Below, piece by piece: positions 39,308 to 50,719 of a stretch of DNA of 64,000 nucleotides (position 1 is the stretch's first letter; each line of letters opens with the position of its first letter). The stretch is taken from assembly GCA_038087875.1 (NCBI GenBank), contig JAXLNO010000260.1:124001-188000 (forward strand). The letters are read 5' to 3'. The translations under genes were made by a program, and so were the position numbers. The stretch comes from Malacoraja senta. Taxonomy: Eukaryota. The notes below the pieces were generated by a model that was given only the letters and a program-made list of their open reading frames with translations, ran no database searches and was not told where the DNA came from.

Positions 39308-39590
39308 AGTTTAAGAATAAGGGGCAAGGCATTTAGAACGGAGATGAAGAAACACTTTTTCACACAGAGAGTTGTGAGTCTGTCGAATTCTCTGCCTCAG
39401 AGGGCGGTGGAGGCGGTTTCTCTGGATACTTTCAAGAGAGAGCTTGATAGGGCTCTTAAAGATAGCAGAGTCAGGGGATATGAGGAGAAGGCAGGAATGG
39501 GGTACTGATTGTGGATGATCAGCCATGATCACATTGAATGGCTCGAAGGGCCAAATGGCCTACTCCTGCACCTATTGTCTATTGTCTATA
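39308..39590 (+). mobile_element. CR1 3' end
   Basis: Matches 10410-10700; tail (ctattgt)n. Confidence 0.88.
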
Positions 39591-41749
39591 ATTCCTTCCC
39601 TTTGATGAAGGCTGTGATGAGATTGAAGAAATAGGCTTCTGACATACTAAAGGCCATACCAATGTATGCAATAAAGCCAGATGAGAGCTACTTAAAATGG
39701 TTTTGTTCTTCTAGTGAAGGAGAGCAGTCTCATGAGTAAAATAAATCATGGCACAGTGGTTGCAATTTGGGATCATTGCCAAAGAGGTTCCAATATTCTT
39801 AGCTTCATTAATCTTAGTGAAAATAAGTGGAGAGTGCTATAACTTTGAGAGAGTGTGCCAACAGGTGATTGTCCATGTTAGGCATTGCTTCACAGATATA
39901 AATGAAGAGCAGCAAGGGAGGAATAAGAATCATTTAACTAGTTTAGGATTTATAAAGAGAGCAGTAAACTACAGTGTTCCATAACTACACATACACAGCT
40001 CTAGGCTAATGACAGGGAGAAATGTTTGTGCAGTGAGAGAAGTGAATAAAGGTATCTAGCTGCATGAGTTCATATTACAGTGGAGAGGGTGTAAGAGGAA
40101 AGAGCTTAGAGTTCAAAGCCTTCAGCGATGGATGATTGGCAGCATATTAAATTCCAGACCATGACCCTGCTGGAGAAAGAGGTGTGTTGCAAAATTATCA
40201 AGTTTACAGGGAGAGTCAGCTGTCGTCATAAAGAATTCCAACAAAAGAATAAAGCAAAAATATGTTTTTGTTCCGTGCAAGATATTTCAGTATTTTATAT
40301 TTTCCTATTCATTTCTACAATTGTAAATTAAGCATTGATGGACTTTAAACACAGAGCGACTTGACACTATAACAAAAGCTCAGAATAAAAATAATTAGCT
40401 TTAAACATTTGCTGGTGAACTGGTTACATGAAGAGAGAATTATGAGGTGGATGTCTAGATCCCATTTTGTATGCAAGTCTTAGACCAATGACGGGCGCTT
40501 TCTTTTGTGACAGTACCACTAAAAATGTAAAAACTAGATTGATGTACAGCAGTCAATAGTGTCAAATGAACTGTTATATGCATGTATGCGTACCTGCACC
40601 CTTTTGTCAACAAAAAAAGCACTGCTTATAATGTTAAATGGTTTCTCTATGTGAATTTTACAAATGAAGTGCAATTTGGACCAACCATACTCATATTAAT
40701 ATTGGCATATTCCAGTTTAACGTGTAGAGCTATTTATAGATGTTGCTGTATACAGCAACTTTTACCAGAAAGTGCTAACATAGAATTAACCCTTTAAGAA
40801 CTGCACGAATATGTATGGCAATGATAGCAAATGTTTAATCACATTATATCTTTACGGTTGAAGGTGATCAATATTTATATGTGAATTTATTATATTCATT
40901 CAGTTCATATATTTAATTTATTATTAACTATTATTTTACCCTTGATAGGATAACATATTGTCCTATAAAACCAAGGATTGTCCCATAGAGACATATTGTC
41001 TATTCACAAAAAACATTGTGTTTTATTATTTCCAAATTAACATTACTGTATGTGTAATGCAGTGTCTTGACACAAAATGTCAATGTATACCCTTTTGCCA
41101 CCACAGATGCTGCTTGACCCACTGAGTTCTTCCAGCATCCTCGTTTTTGTTACTGAATTCATCTTTTAATTCATTTCATAGAAAAGAGATTAAATAAATG
41201 GAATATGTTCAGTTGCAAAAATGATAAGTTGCAAGCAACCTTTATTCATGAGGGATCAGCCATCAAATATAACATTTATGTGAATGTTTTACCTGGGGAA
41301 ATGCTGTATTGCATCATATAAGATATTGTGACTATGTCAGTGTGAAAGCTATTAACAACAAATCTGTGATTGGTATATGACGTGAAATCTCTGACTAGTA
41401 TATAATGAATGCATAAACAATACCCTTGCAGATAGCGATGAAGAAGAGTTATAAAAACATCTATTCACATAGTTTGCCTAAATCCTAACAATCTCGCAAT
41501 TCCGTTTGGTTGTATGGTAATTTGCATATCACTTGACAATAAAAGACCTTTGGAACCCTTCAAACCTTTAATTAAAAGGAATGCATATAATGATATAATT
41601 TTATATCGAAGTCTCGTGATGAGACTACGTGAAGAACCCACCAGCCCGCATGCGCGTCAATACTTCGTCGCATGGCGCGGGATACAGAGGCATTCGAAAA
41701 TGCTCCGGCAGGTAAGCTGTCTTTCTTTGCAGGAACGGCCCGCTGGCTC

Positions 41750-42530
41750 CGAAAATAGCGGCAGCGGGCTCAGAGAGGCTGACAGGCACGATCTGTACAG
41801 CTACCTCCGTTGAGGCTCCAGAAGGGAGCAGGTGACCGGCCTCGGAGTAAACTGGTAAGCACGACCTGCACAGTAAGCTCTGAAAAAGCTCAGAAGGAGC
41901 AGCCTGTCGCAGCAGACTCGGAGTAACTGGCAGGCGTGACCTGCACAGTAAGCTCCGCCAAGGCTCCGAAGGAGCAGCCTGTCGCACCAGGCTCAGAGTA
42001 ACTGGCAAGCGCCACCTGCACAGTAAGCTCCACCAAGGCTCTGAAGGAGCAGAAGGCTCCGAAGGAGCAGCATGTCCCACCGGGCGCAGAGACGCTGGCA
42101 GGCGCGACCTGCACAGCAATGTCCGTTTAAAGCTCTGAAAGGGAGCAGTTTGGCAAGTGTGGGGACGAAGATGTGGACAGGCATGGCTTGCAAAAGGAAC
42201 TTCGCTGAAGCTCCAATAAGGAGGTCGACCCGGGCTCGGAGACGCTGGCAGGTAAGGTCTGCTTACTAACCTCTGTGGAAGCTCCGAAATGGAGCAGCCT
42301 GGTGACCCGGGCTCAGAAACACTGGCAGCATAGTCTGTCTAATATCTTCCACTGGCTCTGAAAAAGAGCAGGCTGGTGACCTGGGCTCAGAGAGGCTGGC
42401 AGGGGGGCCTGCACAGCAACCGCTGAAAGTTCTGAAATGGAGCAGCTTGTTGGAACCGGGCTCAGAGACGCTGGCAGGGTGGCCTGCACAGCAACCTTTG
42501 TGAAAGCTTCCAGAAGGAGCAGCTTGTCTA
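41750..42530. repeat. About 75-bp degenerate tandem repeat in the DIRS 5' region
   Basis: Recurring gaaggagcagcc..ggctc.gag..actggca..acctgcacag. Confidence 0.85.
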
Positions 42531-44144
42531 CCCTGGTTCTGGGTAGACCAACTTGAAACTGGCTGTCCAAATGGATCATATTGGCCAGGGAAGCACTGCC
42601 TCAACATCTATGATTGAGGTTATCAGGCTGCCCACAAGAGTGAGGAAGGTGCATTTCATTGATAGAGACAGTTAAACTCAGATATTTGAGGATATCTCCT
42701 GCTCGGAGGCAGGGAGTTTAAGGATTCCCTTAACACATGTTAAATTCTTTCAGCTCGGCTAAAAAGAGTTGCGAGCATGCTGGAACATCATTTGCCATCC
42801 TCTCGGGATAGGTAAACCAATAAAGGCCGAACTGGCATGTAGCATTTTTACCTGACTTGCAGGTTCATGTTGTAAAAGTCAATAAAAAAATAAAAAATCA
42901 ATAAAATAAAAAGATAAATAAATAAATGGATAATAAGAAGCAAAAGCTCCGTTAGGGAGCAGTTTGGCGACCCAAGTTCAGGGTTGGCCAAGCCAAAACG
43001 GCAAAATGTCCAGAAGGACAATATTGGGCAGGAGAGTACTGCCTCAACATCCATAGAGGATATCATCTGTAGGCCTGATTGAGAGGCTGGTCGAAGCGAA
43101 TGTGTTGTGCACACTGGGGACCGAGACAGGTAGTTTCAGTCAGAGGTCTGCGGCAGCAATACCTGGTTCAGGGTTGCATTATGATATCTCCCACTCTGAG
43201 GAGGGGTATTTTGAGGATTACTCGTGGAGACTCTGACTGTGAGGTAGTTGACAGTGAACTCGAATTCCCACATCAAGTGGATGATATGCTTCAATTCAAG
43301 TCTCATAAGAATCTGCTGGCACTTGTGACTAAATTTACCATCCCTTCGGGGATAGGCAAACCGTTAGAGAAAGAACTGGAAAGTAGCATTGGTTATTTGA
43401 TTTCTCATCAGTTGATTGAGAAGTTCATGCAGGACACTGCTGGATAGTATTCTAGTCCTGATTTCTGCCAGACACTGGAGGTCCGTAGGTTAATGCAGAG
43501 CTCGAAATTAACGGTTGCCCGGGTGCCAATGATCACCCAAAGTGCCGCCGGGCAACCTAAACGCTAAGTCATTTTGCCCGGCTGGGCACTGCAGATACTG
43601 GTTTATACTGAAGATAGACACAAAAAACTGGAGTAACTCAGCGGGTCAGGCAGCATCTCTGGAGAAAAGGAACATGACGTTTCGTGTTGGCGGCGGCTGT
43701 ATTGCGGGGCAAAGATATTAGGTGCATGGTGACGAAGGATCGGTGCAAATGACGGGCCCCGAACAGTGGCAGCCACGACAGCGGCTCCATCTCCCGCTCC
43801 CCCGCACTCCGCCCGCCCTGATAGCAGCCGCTGCCTGCCACTCTGCCAACGGCGCTTTTAAAACAAACCCTCCCGCATGCCGAGGGAGGGGGAGGCCTCC
43901 TTCTGCCGTCTGAAGCAGCTCCACCAAAGATCCTATAGCTATAGGATCTTTGAGCTGCACCGCTCGGCCCCGCACCTTGCTGTTGGCTGGCAGAGGAGGG
44001 GAGGCGGTGGCGAGGAGATCCCAACCGCCTCCCGCTTTGGCGGCGGCACTTAGCAGTGGACAGGGGCGGCAAGGCAGCGGGGCGATGTTGTCCGAGGAGC
44101 GCTGACCTTCCTTCCTCCCCACCTCCCCACCTGCCCCCCCTCTC

Positions 44145-44175
<31 letters not shown>

Positions 44176-44224
44176 TGTACGCCCACCTCCACCCCCATTA
44201 TCATGAGACCCCTCCTCTCCATCC

Positions 44225-45010
44225 CGCACTGATCCCCATTCCCACCTCTATTCAGTCCTCACTGACATCCCCTGTGCTCCCCTCCCCATCTACACCCCCC
44301 CCCCCCAATCTATTCATCCGCTGATCACCCTATCCACCTCGCATTGATTCTCCTGGCACTCCCCATCCATCCTACACTGGTCCCCCAATTCATCCTGTAC
44401 TTACACCCCTTCCCATCCATCCTGCACTTCTTCTCCATTCATCCTGCAATGATCCCCCCCATTCATCCAGTACTGACCCACACTCCATTCACCCTGCACC
44501 GATCCTCCCATGCATCCTGTAGTGATCTTCCCATTCATCTTTTACTGAACCCCCCATTCATCCTGTACTGATCCCCTCATTCATCCTATACTGATCCCCA
44601 CATTCATCCTGTACTGATCCCTTCATATATCCTGCACTGATCCCCCATTCATCCTATACTGATCCCCCATTCATCTTTTACTGAACCCCCCATTCATCCT
44701 GTACTGAACCCCCCCATTCACCCTGTACTGATCCCCTCATTCATCCAGTAGTCATCCCCCATTCATCCTGCCCAGACCCTTCGATCCACAATGTACTGAC
44801 CCCCCCATCCATCCTGTACAGATCCTCCATTCAAGAAGAATGGGGGGAACAGTCTGAAGAAGGGTCTCGACCCGAAACGTTGCCTATTTCCTTCACTCCA
44901 TAGATGCTGCCTCACCCGCTGAGTTTCTCCAGCATTTTTGTCTACCCCCATTCATCCTGTACTGATCTCCCCCATCCATCCCATGCTGATCCCCCATTCA
45001 ACACCACTGA
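44225..45010. repeat. About 21-23-bp pyrimidine-rich minisatellite
   Basis: Unit cccccattcatcctgtactgat. Confidence 0.9.
44852..44945 (+). ncRNA. Penelope-terminus fragment with a minimal hammerhead-ribozyme-like motif
   Basis: CTGAAGA-A-GGGT-CTCG-ACCC-GAAA-CGTT at 44854-44881. Confidence 0.6.
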
Positions 45011-46588
45011 CATCCCCTGTCCTCTCTCCTCACAATTTTACATACTTCAACCAACACGTACTAATTCACCTGCCTCAATCCATCCATTCCGCACCGATTG
45101 CCTTCTCAACCCCCCCCCCCCCACCCCTCCACCCCCATCTATCCACCCCGCACTGCTTCACACAACCCCCCTCCCTGACCCTATTGTGCTGGAAATGACT
45201 TCAGAGCGAACATTGACTATGTTTGATAACGGAATGCAATCAAATGTGTTTTAATTCCCAATGTTATTATTTGTTTTAGTCCATAAAGATGGGTTAATTA
45301 AATTGTGAACACGTGAAACATTAAAACTGCAGTGTTCAATTATCACTGCTACCGTTGACACGTTATTACAGAATTCATTTTAATCGCAAATCAATGCTCT
45401 TAATATGGAGTATCAGTACTGTAGTTATTTAATGAGCAACATTCACAACTATACGTTGGATTTATACAGGTTTTACTTCTACATCACAAATTTGGTCAGG
45501 AGATATTTCAGTTGAAATTAAATCTTGTGCGTACAAACTGGGTATCTTCATTGCTGTTCACAACACGTACATCTAATCTGAATGTCCGGTAATGTGGCAT
45601 TTTGACACCTTTAACCATATTACCAAAAGAACATTTGCTGCAGTTATGTCCTTTCGCCATCTCTTGTCAGTTAGTGTAATGTTTAACCTGTCAGGTGGGT
45701 ATAGTCAGTTTTAACAGCTATTATCATAAAATGCCTTTAGAAATTTCCTTGCAACCTGTATATTTTGTTATGGATACATTATGTGGGAAGCGAGAGTGTT
45801 TCAGTACCAATAGCAATAACGACCCATGCTATGGCCATGTCATGGTAATTTTCAGTCCTTCACAGAAAACATGCTTGCATCAATCTGTAGTGTGCATGGT
45901 TAAGCATATATGTTACCATGGTCCAGGATTTATTGATATAGGTTGATCATATGCTGAATAATCCAACCACATTTTTGTTTGGAAGTGGAAAGAACAAATA
46001 GAAATTGCATTAATTGCAATGTGTAAAAAGAGTTGAGATACTGTATTATAATTTTGCTGCATGTCATTGTGGTATATATCATGTCTTGATTGGGGAATAT
46101 GTTTAGTTTGTGACTTTATTTGAAGCAGAAATAATATGTGAATGCTTCATTGAGCATAATTCCGACTGGTAACTATGCACTTCATCCGAGCACATTATCA
46201 CACGCGTCATACAAACTGTCTTAAATGACCACCTAAACTGTCATTTGGCAACCTAAAAAGCTGCCAAGGTTGCCCGGCTGGCAACAGGGAAAAAAAGTTA
46301 AGTGAGAGCCCTGTAATGCCATCACTTGGGGCTATCTGAAGGGTATAACAAAGTCAAAAGGCTTTAAACTCCAGCGAGTTCAGAGAATTCTAAAAAAAGG
46401 ATTACGGCATTTGCAAGGTCAATGGAGGTAACTCAGCTGTCTGAATTGCTGTAGACGCCTTAGCACTTTTGTGTAATGCACAGTCTAAACTCAAATTGTG
46501 TTAGGATGGTATAGGCCTGAGATCAACCCAATATATGCTAATTTTGTGCAAGGCTGCAGTCTGCAAGTATCTCTTTGGAGAAGTGTTA

Positions 46589-46735
46589 AAGAAGGAACTA
46601 CAGATGCTGGAAAATCGAAGGTACACAAAAATGCTGGAGAAACTCAGCGGGTGCAGCAGCATCTCTGGAGCGAAGGAAATAGGCAACGTTTCGGGCCGAA
46701 ACCCTTCTTCAGACTGATGGGTTTCGGCCTGAAAC
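46589..46735 (-). mobile_element. Penelope-terminus fragment with a hammerhead-like motif
   Basis: Minus strand CTGAAGA-A-GGGT-TTCG-GCCC-GAAA-CGTT (46685-46712), followed on + by a partial inverted copy. Confidence 0.7.
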
Positions 46736-47711
46736 TCAGTGTTTCAGATGAACTCATAAAGCAAAACAGGCACGGTTGGGTACAAGTTGGAGTTGACAGC
46801 ATACCCACCAGATCGGAGATTGGGGGTGTTTATTATGTAAAAAGGTACACTGAGGTTACTAAGGACCTATGAGATGAAAAAAAAGTTTCTTCATAGTTAT
46901 ATAATAGTTTCACAAGAGATTGTTGGTGCAGACTATTTCAAGATGGATAGAGTATAAGCAGCTGAAAGCAGGAGTGAATACAAATCATTTCAAGTCACAC
47001 TCTACCAGGGCGGCTGGAGCCAGTAGCCATTAGAATGGATATTCCCCTTTGATCACTTTCTTGCAACAGCTCGAGGCTCAGATAAGCGCACTTTCAGAAG
47101 TTATAAAATTTCGTTGAACATGTCTGGACAGTTGCAGATAGAATTCTGAACAGTGTTGCATGAGCTATTGTCTAACCCAAAGGCAATTGGGACTGTGGTC
47201 CAATTAAGGGCGATGTACATGTATGTAAAGTTTGCATCATGTTGTTAATGGCCCATGTCTTTTCTACCATTTATGGTTTATCTGTTTAGTGTATTCACAT
47301 ACAGATTGGTTTACTGCATGAAACCACAGGGCTTCAAAGGCTTCACGTAGTCTCATCATGAGACTTCGGTATATAATAGAAAGATTAAACGAGAACTTAC
47401 CGTTTATTTTATGAGAAGTTGGAGTGAGAGACTACGTGCCCTCCACTCCCAAATCTGAATCTCATAAAGATCATTCGGTAAGTCAAGCGTTATTAACCTT
47501 TCTATAGTTTAATTTGGTGCAAGTGGTCTGTGGTTTCATACAGTTGCTTTGAAGATTGACGCGCATGCGGGCTGGCAGGTTCTTCACATAGTCTCTCACT
47601 CCAACTTCTCATAAAATAAAGATCAAACTTCAAACATTAAGTTTTAGTTTAATCTTTCTATTAGTGTGCATTGATCAGAGTTGGTTCAAGTTTACTATTT
47701 TAGTTTAAGTG

Positions 47712-48540
47712 TAAAGATGGCGGCGCCTCGCAGCAGCATCCTCTGCAGTCCGTCTTTTTTAATTTTTGTCCTGTTGAGTGTATAGTTTGGTTGTAGTTTA
47801 TATATTGTTTTTAGCTGTGTATATGTGGGGGGGGGGGGACTTTTAAATCTCTTCCCAATACGGGGACCCAACCTTTTCCCTGTCAGGTCTCCGTTGTCGT
47901 TGGGGCCAAGCACCGTGGAACGGCCTCCAACCAGATCGACCTAGGGGCTCCAGTCGTGGAGCCAGTGGACTCACCATCGTGGAACTGGCCGGCTTTGGAG
48001 CGTGGAGAGCTATGGTGGCGTGCGGCTGCGACCCGACTTTGGAGCTTCGGAGGCTCGCGGGTCCCTGGTGGGAGACCGCTTTTCGGAGCTCCCACAATGG
48101 CAACTTCTCCCGCCCGAATTGCGTGGTTGAAAATGACCCGGTGCGGGGCCTTACATCGCCCGGCGTGGCTTTAACTGCCGCGGGACTTGCCATCGCCCGC
48201 CTGGGGCTCCAACATCAAGACATGGAGCAAGTCAAGTCAAGTCAAGTGAGTTTATTCTTGCTTTCTTGCAGGGCCTTACATCGCCCTCGGCGCGGCCTTA
48301 ACGTCCATCACCCGCTGGGGGCTTTAACATCGGGAGAAGAATGGAAAACAGGGCAGAGACAATTACTTTGCCTTCCATCACAGTGAGGAGGAGATTCACT
48401 GTGATGGATGTTTGTGTAAATTGTGTCTTTTTTTTTTTTTCTTGTTGTATGACTGCAGAAACCAAATTTCGTTTGAACTTCATTTGAGGTTCAAATGACA
48501 ATAAATGGTATTGTATTGTATTGTATTGTATTGTATTGTA
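47712..48540 (+). mobile_element. Non-coding retroposon, copy C, full length, with a Rex1-type tail
   Basis: TSD TTAAGTG (47705-47711 / 48541-48547); starts AAGATGGCGG; hairpin 48375-48407; tail aaatttcgtt..tgacaataaa(tattg)n. Confidence 0.8.
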
Positions 48541-48705
48541 TTAAGTGATCTGTGATCTAAGGATCATTCAATATCCGTGAATATTATAAAATGAAGAATT
48601 ATACTAGTAATACCTGAGCTCACTTTTGGTTGTTTTGAGATGATTACTTTTTATATGAAATGTTGTGATATTTAAAAATATATATTTATAGGTTAAGAAG
48701 ATGAT

Positions 48706-49155
48706 TCTTTTTTTGTTAGAAGCAGTATAAACCGCGGCATATGACAAAATACATTTATTGTACATCTTCCATTTTAATTTTGACAAAAATGAAATAGAAA
48801 AAGAGAAAAAGAGCAAGAAAGAGAGAGAGTGAAAGAGCTAGTGAATGTGTAAACCCCTAAACTACCAAAGAGTGTAGTCACAGTGAATAAGTACAAACTT
48901 ATAAAAAATAAAAAGACAAAAACGAAAAATAATAAAAAGAAAAGGAAAAAAAAAGACAAAAACGTGTTGATATACCTACTTCGCTTCTCACCACACCCAT
49001 CACCCTGTCCGTAAATCGGTTTAATTCCGAAGTTGTGTTGCACCATACTATGCTTGTAATGAATCAATGAAAGGAGCCCATATCTTTAAAAATTGCTCTG
49101 ATTTTCCTGCTAAGACGAGTCTCATATCTTCAAGATGTAGCGTCTCAGACATAAG
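48706..49155 (-). mobile_element. L1 3' end fragment
   Basis: Minus-strand MSETLHLEDMRLVLAGKSEQFLKIWAPFIDSLQA* resembles the C-terminus of the L1 at 33950-34258. Confidence 0.88.
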
Positions 49156-49169
49156 AGATTCTATAGTTC

Positions 49170-49720
49170 AAATATAACATGGCTGAAAAGATTGGAGGAG
49201 AACATGAACCTGCACCTGGAATATTCTGTACAGTTTTGATCTGCTTATATCAGAAAGAATGTAATGGCATCAAAAGAGTTCTGTGAAGATTTGCTAAACT
49301 GGTTTGAGAGATAGCATGTTTGCTGTGTGGGGAGAGATTGAGTAGACTGTGAATGCATTGCCATGAATTTGGAAGAATGTGAGGAGATTTTATTAGAACA
49401 TAAACCTATCTTGAAGGGCTTGATAGCCTAGTTGCATGGAAGATGTTTCTCCTGACGAAGGAATCTTAGACCAGGGACACAACTTCAGAATATGGGATGT
49501 GCTGTTCTTCACTCCAGAAGATTCTTCTCTCAGGTCATGATGGAATATGGAATTCTCAACTCCACAAGGCAATGAAGCTTCAGTCATTGTGGTCATTCAA
49601 TGGAATGTCTATGGATATTAAGTGAATTGAGAGTGCGAAGACAGCACAGCAAGGTGCTACTGAGGTAGATCAATCATAATGTTGATGAAGGTAGATCAGG
49701 AGTCTCGAAGTGAACAATGA
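49170..49720 (+). mobile_element. Highly decayed CR1 3' fragment
   Basis: gcacctggaatattctgtacagttttg; ggaatcttagaccagggacacaac. Confidence 0.65.
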
Positions 49721-50719
49721 TCTCTCAAGTACTGAGCTGTCAAATTCCGATAAAATAAATGAGGAAGTAGTAGTCAAATTATAGATTCTTCTTTAAGAGA
49801 TCATAGTCAAACATTCAATTTAGTGTTGGAACCATGAGCAGGGTTCTGTTGGAAAATTTACAAACTGCTGGTACAAGTTGAACTCTAAATTCAGGGGAAT
49901 ATAAGATCTACCGGGAAGCTCCAGAAGATGCTTGCCAATTTTAAATTGTAATCATTATTGTAATATCGGCGAACGTGACAACCAACTGCGCACAGCAAAT
50001 TCCCACAAACAGCAATGCGATTATATCAATAACAGCACTGGAAAGCACACATTGGGTTTTCTTGTTCTTCTAGGTGTTAGATGCCAGTGGTTTGGAAGGT
50101 GCTATAAAAAAGAGCAGCAGTCATTTAAACAAGTAAAAAGTATTTCAACACACTCTTGACGTTAGTTTAGAGACACAGGATGGAAACAAGCCCTTCGGCC
50201 AACCAAGTCCATGCCAGGGTGTCTTTTATATGATCACTCTAATAGCCTACACTCATTGTAGTGTGCGATGTATATCAGTAAATTATTATGCAAATATTCT
50301 TCTACTGTATTCCTAATGGGAGCAGTATTTTTAAGATGATTATGCTTTCAGCAACTGATCTCAGCACAAAGAACAGTCTTTACTCAATCTCTGGCTCGGT
50401 CTCTGGGTCATAACTGACATTATGGTAGCTTGTTATGGGAATGATCTCATAAGCAAAATGGGCATGATTGCGTAATTTGAAGTTGACAGCATACCCACCA
50501 GAGCATAGATTGGGGGTGTCATTACGTATACAAGTGCACTGAGCTTGCTAGTACCTATGAGATGAAAGATAGTTCTTTATTGTTATTCAATCGTCTCAAG
50601 ATATTGCTGATGGCTCATTAGCAGCCAATAGAATGGATAGTTCCCTTTCATCACACAGCAAGAGGCTTACATAGTGTGTGTTAATAAATTATAAAATTTG
50701 GTTGAATATGTCTGGATAT

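Larger units (their letters stand above)
43496..46313. mobile_element. Non-autonomous DNA transposon with CAG termini and a 5-bp TSD (hAT5-like)
   Basis: Imperfect TIR CAGAGCTCGAAATTAAC / GTTAAGTGAGAGCCCTG; TAATG on both sides (43491-43495, 46314-46318); subterminal ggttgcccgg and ggcaacctaaa motifs at both ends; splits the DIRS gag-like sequence. Confidence 0.8.
41598..47662 (+). mobile_element. DIRS-type tyrosine-recombinase retrotransposon, internally deleted, with nested insertions
   Basis: Left ITR about 41599-41660, right ITR 47556-47662, ICR 47341-47438 complementary to both outer ends; YR remnant FKSHSTRAA (about 46989-47015) and ELIKQNR; gag-like remnants (KLQRVQ, KYLFGE). Confidence 0.9.
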
